This document shows positions 45,093 through 55,237 of a DNA stretch of 64,000 bases, piece after piece. The stretch spans positions 7,065 through 71,064 of the forward strand of contig CAYQGB010000001.1 in assembly GCA_964416895.1 (NCBI GenBank), in the 5' to 3' direction. A program made the translations under genes and the position numbers. Position 1 is the first letter of the stretch. The number at the start of each line of letters is the position of its first letter. The notes beneath the pieces were generated by a model. It was not told where the DNA came from. It was given only the letters and a program-made list of their open reading frames with translations, and searched no databases. This DNA is from an uncultured Calditrichaceae bacterium (lineage in GTDB: Bacteria > Calditrichota > Calditrichia > RBG-13-44-9 > J075).

Positions 45093-45153
45093 CGTGAAAC
45101 GTAAAACATGGTGCGTGAATAGGTCGATCACGTTTCACGTTTTACGTTTCACG
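45093..45153. repeat. Intergenic nested inverted repeat CGTGAAACGTAAAAC...GTTTTACGTTTCACG (CGTGAAACG family)
   Basis: 15-bp perfect arms with internal CGTGAA / TTCACG sub-repeats; read from the sequence. Confidence 0.6.
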
Positions 45154-45263
45154 CAATGCGACTTTTCAAGAAAGGCTCTTGGCACATCGTATCTTCCCTT
45201 TAACCGCTAAGGTATGCGGGACCCCCTCAACCGAGAGTCCCACATACCCGATTCAGGAGAGGT

Positions 45264-48068
45264 TCAGCGGGTAATCTTCAGGCCACCCCGCATCCACCAG
45301 GAGTAGAATTCGTTCAGGCGTGGGCGGGTTTCCTCGCCAAAATATTCCCGCTTCGGCTCATTGTTCAGGTTGATCATCTGCACGTAAAGGCTCACGCCTT
45401 TTACCACCTGATAAGCGGCCGAAAAGTCGATTTGCAAATGATCGTCGATGAACCGGTCGAAGTCCGGGGTATCCCCCACCCGATACATCAGATCGCTGGT
45501 GTAGTTGGCGCTCAGGCGGGCGGTAAACCCGTATTTGTCGTAGCTGATCCCCACATTGCCCACATCGCCGGCCTGACCGGGAAGGGTAGACACTTCCGGG
45601 CGGAAAGTGAGATCGGCTTCGGACTTGGTGTAGGTGTAATTCCCGAAGATTCCCAATCCGCTGAGCGCCCCGGGCAAGAAGGTCAATTGCTGGGTAAAGC
45701 CAATTTCAAAACCATACAGTTTGGCCTTTCCACCGTTTACCGGCTGTTCCACGAAAAAGCCGTCGAAGGGGCCGCCCTGCTGGCGGGTGATCACCGGGTA
45801 GATGATCTTATCCAGGGATTTGTAGAATACACCCAGCGCAATGCCTCCCACCTGCCGGAAATAGTGCTCAAACATCAGGTCGAAATTGAGCGAAGTGGTG
45901 GGTTCCAGTTCCGGATTCCCCCGGAGAATTTCCTGGTCTTCAGGGAAGACCCATCGGTAGGGAGCCAGATCAAAGTAGTTGGGGCGAGAGATACCCGTGG
46001 TCACCGCAAAGCGCAGGTTGCTCAGAGGAGTTACCCGATACCGGATGTGCAGCGCCGGAAACACATTGTTGTAGGAGTTTTCCTGTTTCACATCCTTGGA
46101 ACTTAAGAATTCTCCCTGATCATCGTAGAGGAGTTCCACGCCCTCGTAGTTGGTTTTGGTGAACTCATCGCGCACGCCGGCCAGCAGGGTAAAATTCCCC
46201 GCTTCCAGGGTGGCCATGGCATACCCGGCAAAGATATCTTCTCCGGCGTTGTATTTCCCGCCCGCACCGTCGGGATCGTCCAGACGAGGTTCTTCCCTCA
46301 AACCATCATCCTGTCCCCGAAACTGCTCAAAGAAGGGCCAGTAACGATCGGCGTTCATAATCGGAGCGAAGGTGTAATGATCCTCCAGAAAACCGGTGAT
46401 TTGATCCCCACCGGCAAACTGGCTCATCAGGATGTCATCCGCCCCTCTCCATTTGTACTTGAACCGCTGGCTATTCCGATCCTTGTCTTCCAGCTTGAGT
46501 TTGCCACCCAGCTTAAAATAGGTGGGATTGTTCCCCAGCAGGGTTCGAACTTGCAGGTTCAGGCTTCCGATCAGTTTTTTGTTGGAAGTGAAGGTTTCCC
46601 GGAAATCCTGATTGTCGATTTCCCAGTGGGAAGGATCGTAAATGTAATTGGGATCCAGATTGGTCACCGTAATGCCGGGAAAATCCACATCCGAAAGATC
46701 CAGCTTTAGATCCACTTTTTCATCCAGTTGAAATTCGGATTTGATTTGGCCGGGATCCTTTTTGGTCTCTTCCGCATAGCTGTAGGAGAGGGTATAGTCC
46801 AGGTTAATCCGCCCGGCCTGATGTTTTCCCCCGCCGAGGATGGTGTAAATTTTCTGCACCTCATCCCGGGCTTGCATTTCATAGGCCAGTCGGGCTTTGC
46901 TGATGGTAGTGCGATCCAGGTAATCCCCTTTCTTAACCCGAAAACGGATCATATTGCGCACCTGGTCGTCGTTCCGCTGGTTGTACATTCCCCGCACGAA
47001 GAAACGGTTGTTGTCGTTCACCCGATATTCCAGGGTGGAACTCAAGCCCAGGTGGTCCCGCCGGGTATCGTAATTAAACATCCGAAAATCGGTGAGGGCA
47101 AAAGGGATGGGATTGCCGTTGACATCCTCCTCCTCGTCCCAGTCCATTTCATCGGAATGGCTGCCGATGTTGTTGCGATACCAGTTGGCATTTATCGACA
47201 GGCCGAAACTCCGATTTTCCCCCAGCACATTGCTGTAGGAAAGGGATCCCCGATATAACGGTTCCTGAGGCAGGTCAGAGTACCCGCTACCCAGATCCAG
47301 ATCAATATGCTGTCCCGGATAATCGAAGGCGCTGTGGGTAATCAGATTGACCACCCCCCCGATGGCGTCGCCATCCATATCCGGCGTGAGGGCTTTCACG
47401 ACCTCCATATAAGCCAGCTGGCTGGAATTGATTACATCCAGCCCCACGAAGCGCTCCTCATCCTGAGGGGAGGCAATGGGTTCTCCATCCACCTCCACGG
47501 TGGTTAAACGGGGTTCAGTGCCGCGCAGATACACGAACCGCCCTTCTCCCAGGCTCCGCTGAATGGCCACTCCGGGGATGCGCTGCAATACTTCGGCGGT
47601 GTTCATATCCGGAAAGCGTTCCATTTCTTCCCGGGAGAGCACGTTTTTGATATTGGCCGAATTGAGCTGCTGACTCAGGGCCTTCATCTGCCCCCGTACA
47701 TATTCCACGACTTCCACTTCCTCCCCGGGAACCGCCGAAACTTCCAGGCTAATATTGACCCGAACCGAAGGCTCCGTTTCCGAAAGGGTCACCGTTTGGG
47801 AATAATCTTTATACCCGATATAGGAGACCTTCAGGGTATAGGAACCGAAGGGTACCTGGTCGATCAAAAATACCCCGTAACGGTCGGTAGTTGCCCCATA
47901 TACGGTGCCTTCCAGATAGGCAATGGCCCCGGGAAGATTGTCGCCGGTGGTGGCATCGGTAATCACCCCAACAATCCGTCCGGTATTCTGAGCCTGTACA
48001 GGCATCCAGCAAATGCCCAGCCACAGGGTCAGAAGCACAAGCATAGAGATTGTGTAACCTCGTTTCAT
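45264..48068 (-). CDS. TonB-dependent outer-membrane receptor with N-terminal carboxypeptidase-regulatory-like domain
   Basis: Signal peptide. CarbopepD_reg-like domain (GRIVGVITDATTGDNLPGAIAYLEGTVYGATTDRYGVFLI). Plug domain (FPDMNTAEVLQRIPGVAIQRSLGEGRFVYLRGTEPRLTTVEVDGEPI). Long beta-barrel. 934 aa. Confidence 0.8.
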   Translation of the reverse strand: MKRGYTISMLVLLTLWLGICWMPVQAQNTGRIVGVITDATTGDNLPGAIAYLEGTVYGATTDRYGVFLIDQVPFGSYTLKVSYIGYKDYSQTVTLSETEPSVRVNISLEVSAVPGEEVEVVEYVRGQMKALSQQLNSANIKNVLSREEMERFPDMNTAEVLQRIPGVAIQRSLGEGRFVYLRGTEPRLTTVEVDGEPIASPQDEERFVGLDVINSSQLAYMEVVKALTPDMDGDAIGGVVNLITHSAFDYPGQHIDLDLGSGYSDLPQEPLYRGSLSYSNVLGENRSFGLSINANWYRNNIGSHSDEMDWDEEEDVNGNPIPFALTDFRMFNYDTRRDHLGLSSTLEYRVNDNNRFFVRGMYNQRNDDQVRNMIRFRVKKGDYLDRTTISKARLAYEMQARDEVQKIYTILGGGKHQAGRINLDYTLSYSYAEETKKDPGQIKSEFQLDEKVDLKLDLSDVDFPGITVTNLDPNYIYDPSHWEIDNQDFRETFTSNKKLIGSLNLQVRTLLGNNPTYFKLGGKLKLEDKDRNSQRFKYKWRGADDILMSQFAGGDQITGFLEDHYTFAPIMNADRYWPFFEQFRGQDDGLREEPRLDDPDGAGGKYNAGEDIFAGYAMATLEAGNFTLLAGVRDEFTKTNYEGVELLYDDQGEFLSSKDVKQENSYNNVFPALHIRYRVTPLSNLRFAVTTGISRPNYFDLAPYRWVFPEDQEILRGNPELEPTTSLNFDLMFEHYFRQVGGIALGVFYKSLDKIIYPVITRQQGGPFDGFFVEQPVNGGKAKLYGFEIGFTQQLTFLPGALSGLGIFGNYTYTKSEADLTFRPEVSTLPGQAGDVGNVGISYDKYGFTARLSANYTSDLMYRVGDTPDFDRFIDDHLQIDFSAAYQVVKGVSLYVQMINLNNEPKREYFGEETRPRLNEFYSWWMRGGLKITR

Positions 48069-48344
48069 AACACACCCCTACGGTTTAGGTGGACTGTGTA
48101 CAAGTTTTTTCCATCCCACCCCGAAAAAACACCTCGTGCGGATGTCGTACAGTTATCCGGTAGCGGCTTGCATGGCGATCCTCCTCCAACGTTGGTGAAC
48201 CGGTGAAAAGATGACAAAGGCGTTGTTACCATTCGGTCAACACTCACCTTTGCTTTATTTTACCAAAATCCTATGCGGTGAACTCCTCCCAGGCTATTTA
48301 GACCGTCTCTTGATCCTGTGGAAAAATTCGGTGCTACATTTTGG

Positions 48345-50051
48345 CTATTGGGGGGCAAACATTCCGAAATCTTCTTTATAAGCGTTTCGGGCGAATGAAG
48401 ACCACTCGTTTTCCGGAAGGTTTGCATAGACGAGGGAGCCATCAGGAGTGACTTTAAGAAAATAGATGTCGTTGCTTTTGCTATAGCTGGAAGTATTCCC
48501 GCAAACCACAATGCCCCCATCGGAAGCTAACAGAAGGTCGGCAACGCTTTCATTCCCATCTCCCCCCAGTGTCAGCGACCACAGCAGATCTCCGCTTTCG
48601 GTAAGTTTAAGCAGATAGGCATCGGTGAACTGGCTTTGTTGGGTAACCCGGGTAACTGCGGAACCGCCGAGATAAATTTCTCCCGAGGGGGCGATCAAAA
48701 TCGTTCCGGTGGATTCGTTGCGAGGGCCGCCAAAAGTGCGCTCCCAGATCAGGTTTCCGGAGGCATCTATTTTCAACACATACACATCCCGCCCACCGGC
48801 GCCCTGGCTGGACGTATATCCGCACAACACAAAGTTGCCATCGTTGGTCATGGCCACGTCGAAGGCCTCTTCCCACAATTCCTGACCCACCGCGCCGTAG
48901 GTGCGACTCCAGAGCACATTCCCATCCCCATTGACCAGGGTAATCAGAATGTCAAAATCCCCGGTCTGCCCGGAAGCCACAGCACCGACCAGCAACAGCA
49001 GGCTATCCGCCAGCGCTTCGACTCCGGAATAAAAAATTTCCCCGGCGTTGTTGTCGCCCACGGTGGTTTCCCACAGGGGGTTGCCGCTGGCATCCACCCG
49101 GAGCACCCAGGCATCCCGATCCGAACCGGAGGATTTCAACGTGGCGCCGGTTAGCAGGAAATCTCCGTTGTCGAGGAGCACAACTTCGGTCAATTGATCC
49201 GTAAAGGGACCGCCCACTGTTCGGGTCCATTCTGTTTGCCCGGCCCCGCTGAGCTTTATCAGATACCCATCCTGTCCCCCGGCGCCGAAGCTGGAAGTGT
49301 TTCCCACGATCAAGAAACTCCCATCCGGATGGGGAACCACGCCGCCGGCACCATCAGACTCGCTTCCCCCTTCGTTTACCGACCACAATACTTTGCCCCG
49401 GGCGTCGGTTTTTACCACATAAACATCGGCGAACTCCTCCGTGCCCGGGGGAATGGTCGATCCCACCAGCAAGTACCCCTGATCGGAGGTGGCGATCACG
49501 GCGCCGGCACCATCATCCCGGGTAGTTCCCAGAATGCGTTCAAAAGGGGTTATTCCGCCGACATCACCGGTTCCCTCCCCTTGCAGAGTATCCACGAATG
49601 CTCCCGCCTGGGTGGTCACGGAGAAAAAGGCCTGAGCAGAAGCCGCCGCCGAGGGCTGATATTGAAAGGGTAGCGCCACCGACTCTAATGGATCGAGGGT
49701 CACCGGAGGAGTCGGCACCGAAGGGGAGAGAGAAAAATCGCCTGCGTTGGGCCCTTCGATGGCGAACGATTGCAACGTGGTTGGTTTGCTGCTGTTGTTA
49801 AAGATCAACAACTCTCGCGTGGCCGAACTTCCCACGGGAATGCGCCCGAAATACAGGGGGTTGGGCGTAAACACCACTTCTACGGTTGGCTCCGGGGGAG
49901 GCGGGGGTTCGGTTGTACCTTTGCAGGCCAGCAATACCAGCATTCCCACCAGCACTCCCCGGATACCCTTCCCAACCACCTTTCCCATGGGAACATTCCT
50001 GGCGATGGATTTCATGGGTAAACCGCCTGTTACAGGGTTCAATAAGTTCAA
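48345..50051 (-). CDS. Lipoprotein with SBBP-type beta-propeller repeats
   Basis: Lipobox-like LVLLACKG. Repeated ~50 aa units (G.TxSxGxGxxDxYxxKLxxxGxxLW), as in the SBBP beta-propeller repeat. N-terminal Ig-like region. Confidence 0.5.
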   Translation of the reverse strand: MNLLNPVTGGLPMKSIARNVPMGKVVGKGIRGVLVGMLVLLACKGTTEPPPPPEPTVEVVFTPNPLYFGRIPVGSSATRELLIFNNSSKPTTLQSFAIEGPNAGDFSLSPSVPTPPVTLDPLESVALPFQYQPSAAASAQAFFSVTTQAGAFVDTLQGEGTGDVGGITPFERILGTTRDDGAGAVIATSDQGYLLVGSTIPPGTEEFADVYVVKTDARGKVLWSVNEGGSESDGAGGVVPHPDGSFLIVGNTSSFGAGGQDGYLIKLSGAGQTEWTRTVGGPFTDQLTEVVLLDNGDFLLTGATLKSSGSDRDAWVLRVDASGNPLWETTVGDNNAGEIFYSGVEALADSLLLLVGAVASGQTGDFDILITLVNGDGNVLWSRTYGAVGQELWEEAFDVAMTNDGNFVLCGYTSSQGAGGRDVYVLKIDASGNLIWERTFGGPRNESTGTILIAPSGEIYLGGSAVTRVTQQSQFTDAYLLKLTESGDLLWSLTLGGDGNESVADLLLASDGGIVVCGNTSSYSKSNDIYFLKVTPDGSLVYANLPENEWSSFARNAYKEDFGMFAPQ

Positions 50052-51061
50052 TTGCCCGATGGAGCGCCGCAGGAAGAGCGCACCATTAACCGGGTGTTTA
50101 ACACAATCTGAGCCGTGGGCCGGCCGGGTTCGTTGATCCGTTGAAACAGCATCTCTGCGGCCCGTCGTCCAATTTCAAAACCCGGCTGACTGACCGCCGT
50201 AAGCGGAGGGTTGAGAGAGATCGACCAGTACATATCGTCAAACCCCAGGATGGAGATGTCCCGGGGAATCCGCATATTTTGCCGGTGAAGCACCTCCAGC
50301 GCTCCTAACGTGAGCAGATTGTTGCCGGTGAACAGCGCCGTGGGCGGCGGGGAAAGCTCCAGCAATTCCCGGGCGATCCGCTTTCCGGCTTCCAGAGTAG
50401 AATCACAAAAACGCACCAGAGCCTCATCGTAGGCAATGCCGTTTTCCTCTAAAGCTTCCCGGTATCCGTTCAATCGTTCCCGATAAGTGGGAATTTTCAA
50501 GGGGCCGCAAATAAAAGCGATCCGACGGTGCCCTAATTGAACCAGGTACTGGATGGCATCGTACGCCCCCTGGCGATTGTTCACCACCACCGCATCCACG
50601 TTTACCCCCCGAAGTACCCGGTCGATGCACACCACCGGCAGGCCGCTTTTGACAATAGCTTTCACTTTGGCATCCTCTTCGTGGGCCGGAGCCACAATTA
50701 ACCCATCCACCGATTCCGAAAGCATGATGTCCAGATAAAAGCGTTCCTTTTCTTCACTCTGAGAGAAGTTGGACATCAGGAAGGCGTAGGACATCTCTGT
50801 GGTCGCCAGATCAATCCCATGAACCACTTCCACATAGAAGGGATTCTGGATGTCGGGAATCAACACCCCGATCAGATTGCTCTGCACCCGCTTGGCCCGC
50901 AACCGACGGGCAACCCGGTTGGGCTGAAAATTGAGTTGTTGAACCGCCTGCTCCACTTTGAGTCGGGTTTCCGGATTGACGTTTTTCGCTCCGTTTAACA
51001 CCCGGGAAACTGTGGCGATTGAAACCCCCGCCAGGCGGGCGACATCCTTGAGATTGGGCAT
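50048..51061 (-). CDS. LacI family transcriptional regulator
   Basis: N-terminal HTH MPNLKDVARLAGVSIATVSRVLNG followed by a periplasmic-binding-protein-like sugar-binding domain. 337 aa. Confidence 0.85.
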   Translation of the reverse strand: MPNLKDVARLAGVSIATVSRVLNGAKNVNPETRLKVEQAVQQLNFQPNRVARRLRAKRVQSNLIGVLIPDIQNPFYVEVVHGIDLATTEMSYAFLMSNFSQSEEKERFYLDIMLSESVDGLIVAPAHEEDAKVKAIVKSGLPVVCIDRVLRGVNVDAVVVNNRQGAYDAIQYLVQLGHRRIAFICGPLKIPTYRERLNGYREALEENGIAYDEALVRFCDSTLEAGKRIARELLELSPPPTALFTGNNLLTLGALEVLHRQNMRIPRDISILGFDDMYWSISLNPPLTAVSQPGFEIGRRAAEMLFQRINEPGRPTAQIVLNTRLMVRSSCGAPSGN

Positions 51062-52764
51062 ATTGTGTAAACGTTTACAGGTTAAAAAGACTGTTATTTA
51101 AGGAAAATTTATTACTAAAATGCTAATTTTGTAAAAACGTTTTCAAACAAAAACAATATACCCATCCGGATAAAATTTGTCAATAGGTGGAAAAATTTTT
51201 GTGGGATGAAGAGTGGTAGGTGCGCGTTTAACCGTGGGGGACGTTTTTCTTTTTTGATTACACTGCTCCGTGGCACCGAAACAGAGTTTCACTTATTCTC
51301 TCTTTGCTTAAACAGAGTTTAGCAAAGAGGTAAAAAGACACCTTGTCAGGATGAACAAACTTATAGTGTCCAGGTAAATCCCATCTGAGCTTTAAATGCT
51401 TCCACTTCCTCCCTTCCAAGCAACATCCGTGCATTGGAATAAAACAGGAAGTGATTTTTCCCTACCCGGATTCCAATCAATACAAATGGATAAAATAGAT
51501 AATGCCGAACTTTTGAATCAAGAATTTCAATTTGATAAGTGTTCCCAGTGTATCCACCACCCAAATCGATTCTGAAACCATCAGAGATCGGTATAGTAAG
51601 AAAACTACTACCAGACCAACTCCAACCTTTAGCGATCAAGTTCCAATATGTACCATTACTTTTGATTTTTGCTTTTTGGTCGAATAGGAAACCTGTTTCA
51701 ATTTGTAATATAATAATCCGGCGCAACCAAATTCCCATTGAGATCCCCATCCCATGGAGAATAACCACCGAATCTAAACGTGCAGGCATATGAGAATAAT
51801 ACTTACCCCATTTATCATTTTTATATGAAAATCCCTGATAAAACAAGCTAACAATAACATCTGTTTGATAATGTTGCTTCATTAAATACAATCTCCGTTC
51901 CATTGCATCAATCCTCTGAAAAATACTATCAACCTTGTCGCTCAAACCTCCAAAGGATTTTTCAAGTTTCCTCCCCTTATCTTCTAACTCTGTAACTCTT
52001 CTCGTTAAATTATCAATCCTTCGCGACATAGGTGTTATTTCTTTCTCTAAAATGCTTCTAAAATAGCTTTTAATCTCACTATCTGACATTTTGCGATTCT
52101 TCACTCGTTTTTCAATTTCCACAAGAAGTTTTTCGGTCTTCCTAAGTATTTCTAACGCTTGTTGACGTTCTTCCCCTTTGAGATTTATTCTAGCATAGTT
52201 CACATCTTGATTCAGCTTTCTTCGAGTTTCCTCAATATTGTGTTTAACCTTCCATCGGTCCACTACCTCATCTAAAATCCTATCTCCAACCCATTCAATC
52301 AAAAACCAAAAAGCCCTAGTCCACCCACTTCCGGCAAAAGTATAATTAGGGATAAACAGAAGTGAGAGAAAACCCACAAAAAATACAATACGTAATTTAC
52401 TCATAACATTCTCCTATTTTATATTTTAGCTAAGAATTAATCATAGCGAATGTCTTTTCTAACTATCTTTCTGAAGAATCCGAACAATTTTCAAAATATG
52501 CTTTTCAAAAGTAAGTGATGCAGAAATATGTTCTAAAGCCTTACTGAAGCTTTAAAAACGAAAAATTTGAAAAATAAAACGAACTGCTTGGGTTAAAGTT
52601 TCATTGCACGTTTATTGACTTTATAATTGTGAATTCTTTACCACTGCTGCAGAGGCAGAGATCGTTTCAACCCACCTTTGGTATTTGTGTAACTGTGGCG
52701 GGATTAAGATATTGAACCTACGACTAAATAACTACAGCCTGTATTATCTGAGTACCTCCGTAAA
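51062..52764. other. AT-rich compositional island (about 35-38% GC versus about 60% flanking), probable horizontally acquired DNA
   Basis: Base composition read directly from the sequence. The transition is sharp, at the LacI start on one side and the DUF58 stop on the other. Confidence 0.5.
51361..52404 (-). CDS. Hypothetical protein in the AT-rich island: signal/TM N-terminus, long coiled-coil, beta-rich C-terminal half
   Basis: 347 aa ORF with atypical codon usage. The N-terminus LRIVFFVGFLSLLFIPNYTFA is hydrophobic. A heptad-rich central region is followed by a C-terminal region of alternating aromatic and hydrophobic residues. No family recognised. Confidence 0.5.
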   Translation of the reverse strand: MSKLRIVFFVGFLSLLFIPNYTFAGSGWTRAFWFLIEWVGDRILDEVVDRWKVKHNIEETRRKLNQDVNYARINLKGEERQQALEILRKTEKLLVEIEKRVKNRKMSDSEIKSYFRSILEKEITPMSRRIDNLTRRVTELEDKGRKLEKSFGGLSDKVDSIFQRIDAMERRLYLMKQHYQTDVIVSLFYQGFSYKNDKWGKYYSHMPARLDSVVILHGMGISMGIWLRRIIILQIETGFLFDQKAKIKSNGTYWNLIAKGWSWSGSSFLTIPISDGFRIDLGGGYTGNTYQIEILDSKVRHYLFYPFVLIGIRVGKNHFLFYSNARMLLGREEVEAFKAQMGFTWTL

Positions 52765-53670
52765 TTAATACAGCCGCTTCCGCTTCAATAGATACCGCAG
52801 CAGGGCCTTGTCGAAACTCTCCGTGGTAAGGATATTCTGGAACTCCACCTGCATGTTGTAACAGGCGGCTTTTAATTCCTCGTAAAACGCCTCGATCAAT
52901 TCCCGGTAATCCTGCCGGATCAAAAAGGGCTGGGTTTTCAGCTCCTCGCCGGTTTCCATATCCACAAAGGTGGCCTCGTCCCCGAAGTTGAAAAAGCGGT
53001 CGTTGGGATCCAGAATGTTGAACACCAGCACCTCGTGCCCGTAGTACCGGAAATGCCGCAGGCCTTCCAGAATTTTGGGGGCGTCTTCATACAGGAATTC
53101 CGACAGCAGAATAATCAGCCCCCGCCGTTTAATCTTTTCCGCCATGATGTGCAGGGTCTCGCTGACGTGTGTGGGAGCGGTCTCCGGTTGGGCTTCCTGC
53201 AACGCCTGAAGCAGGAATTTGATGTACGACTGGGTGGATTTGGGGGGCAAATAGCGGTGAATCTTATCCGAGAACAACACCAGCCCCACCGCATCCCGCT
53301 GCTTCAACAACAGGTAGGAAAAGGCCGCCGCCAGATACACCGAGTACTGCAATTTGGTAATCTTGTGGCTGGTGTAGCCCATGGAACCGGAAACATCCAC
53401 CAGGATGTGGGCTTTCAGGTTGGTTTCCTCTTCATACTGTTTGATGTAGTACCGGTCGGTGCGGCCGTACACCTTCCAGTCGATGTCCCGGATGTTATCG
53501 CCGGGCATGTATTGCCGGTGCTCGGAGAATTCCACGCTGAAGCCGTGGAAGGGGCTTTTGTGCAGCCCCACCAGAAATCCTTCCACGATAAACCGGGCAA
53601 TCAATTCCAGATTCTTCACTTTGGCGACGACTTCCGGGAGGAGATATTGTCGGGCGTCGGAAACCTTCAT
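52765..53670 (-). CDS. DUF58 family protein (vWA-like; usually MoxR-associated)
   Basis: EFSEHRQYMPGDNIRDIDWKVYGRTDRYYIKQYEEETNL...ILVDVSGSMGY is the DUF58 signature. Confidence 0.75.
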   Translation of the reverse strand: MKVSDARQYLLPEVVAKVKNLELIARFIVEGFLVGLHKSPFHGFSVEFSEHRQYMPGDNIRDIDWKVYGRTDRYYIKQYEEETNLKAHILVDVSGSMGYTSHKITKLQYSVYLAAAFSYLLLKQRDAVGLVLFSDKIHRYLPPKSTQSYIKFLLQALQEAQPETAPTHVSETLHIMAEKIKRRGLIILLSEFLYEDAPKILEGLRHFRYYGHEVLVFNILDPNDRFFNFGDEATFVDMETGEELKTQPFLIRQDYRELIEAFYEELKAACYNMQVEFQNILTTESFDKALLRYLLKRKRLY

Positions 53671-53774
53671 GGGTGGCTCCTGGTCATGGATTTATCGCTA
53701 AAGAAGATGAAAGATAAAAGGTTAAACTCAGTTCGGTTATTTTTTTGAGTTCCAAATTTTCTGCTACTGTTCAT

Positions 53775-53810
53775 CTCGTTCACATCCCGAAGCGTCGGGA
53801 TGGAAACGAG
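53775..53810. repeat. Third copy of the CGTT-CATCCCGA...TCGGGATGGAAACG palindrome family seen at 10864-10893 and 11050-11078
   Basis: CTCGTTCACATCCCGA-agc-GTCGGGATGGAAACGAG; read from the sequence. Confidence 0.6.
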
Positions 53811-54258
53811 TATATTGGAAAAATATTTACATATCGAGGTAACATTCCTTTGATCACGCTTAAGCATGTACTTCCCGGAGAGAAACTGCTTCGGGAAATT
53901 TCAAACCGGCGAAAAAACAATCCAACCAAGAGCAATAGTATAGCCTTCACCGCCGATGTACAAAGGCAAGGCTATAAGATACACAAAAAATCCGCCGTTG
54001 CTTGCAGGAGAATAAACTTTTGTGTATCCTCACCGGGGCGGTGGCATCTAAACGTTGCCTTTTGTCCCATGGTGACCGGGGGTTCCCGGCCAGGGGCAAG
54101 GTTTCAAAGATTCTGCCGATATTTGGTGAAACAGGATGCGCAATGGGTAAACGCATCTTTCACGTTTCATGCATCACGTTTCACGCTGGATACCAGAAGT
54201 CTCAGAATTTTGTACCCACAGGCAACACCGGAACAAACGAAAACGGAGGAGAACTACC

Positions 54259-55227
54259 GTGAGCAATCCTGAACATCACAAACTGATCATCATCGGTTCG
54301 GGGCCGGCGGGAGATACCGCGGCTCTGTATGCGGCGCGGGCGGAATTGCAGCCGGTGGTCTTTGCCGGGGCACAGCCCGGAGGGCAGCTGACCATCACCA
54401 CCGATGTGGAAAATTATCCCGGTTTTCCCGAAGGCATTATGGGGCCGGAGCTAATGGAGCGGTTTCGCCAGCAGGCGGAGCGGTTCGGGGCAAAGTTCAT
54501 CTATAAAACGGTCACCGGGGTGGACTTTTCCCGGCGCCCCTTTGTGCTGGATGTGGAAGGCACCCCCTACACCGCCGATGCGGTGATCATCGCCTCCGGA
54601 GCCTCGGCCCGGCTGTTAGGGCTGGAATCGGAATCCCGGTTGATGGGCTATGGGGTCTCCGCCTGCGCCACCTGCGACGGGTTCTTCTTTAAGGACAAGC
54701 ATGTGGTGGTGGTCGGCGGAGGGGACTCGGCCATGGAAGAGGCCCTCTTTCTGACCAAATACGCCTCCCGGGTGACCGTCATTCACCGGCGGGATCAACT
54801 GCGGGCCTCCAAAATCATGCAGCAGCGAGCCTTTCAGAACGAGAAGATCGACTTTCTATGGAACAAGGTGGTGGTGGAGATTCTGGGCAGCCGGGAAGCA
54901 GGAGTGACCGGCGTGCGTCTGAAAGACACCGTCACCGGGGAGGAAAGCGAATTCACCTGCGAAGGGGTGTTCCTGGCCATCGGGCACCGGCCCAACACGG
55001 AGATTTTCCGGGGCCAACTGGAGTTAGATGAACAGGGCTACATCGTCACCCAGCCCGGAACCACCAAGACCTCGGTGCCGGGAGTCTTCGCCGCCGGGGA
55101 TGTGCAGGATCGGGTGTACCGGCAGGCGGTAACCGCAGCAGGCAGCGGGTGCATGGCCGCCATCGATGCGGAGCACTATCTGGCAACGCTGGAGTTTGAA
55201 CAGAAGACCGTTTCCCGGGCCGGCTGA
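54259..55227 (+). CDS. trxB: Thioredoxin-disulfide reductase
   Basis: FAD motif [12 protein letters not shown]. Redox-active CATCDG. NADPH motif [20 protein letters not shown] lies upstream of GTG 54259. Confidence 0.85.
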   Translation: MSNPEHHKLIIIGSGPAGDTAALYAARAELQPVVFAGAQPGGQLTITTDVENYPGFPEGIMGPELMERFRQQAERFGAKFIYKTVTGVDFSRRPFVLDVEGTPYTADAVIIASGASARLLGLESESRLMGYGVSACATCDGFFFKDKHVVVVGGGDSAMEEALFLTKYASRVTVIHRRDQLRASKIMQQRAFQNEKIDFLWNKVVVEILGSREAGVTGVRLKDTVTGEESEFTCEGVFLAIGHRPNTEIFRGQLELDEQGYIVTQPGTTKTSVPGVFAAGDVQDRVYRQAVTAAGSGCMAAIDAEHYLATLEFEQKTVSRAG

Positions 55228-55237
55228 TCCGGTTTTT

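Noticed and set aside
53811-54258. A tRNA or other structured RNA in the 450-bp gap upstream of trxB (GGGGGTTCCCGGCC resembles a T-arm)
   Set aside because: No acceptor-stem/anticodon-arm arrangement or CCA-compatible 3' end could be built around it by eye. It is left as plain intergenic/promoter DNA containing CGTGAAACG-type repeats.
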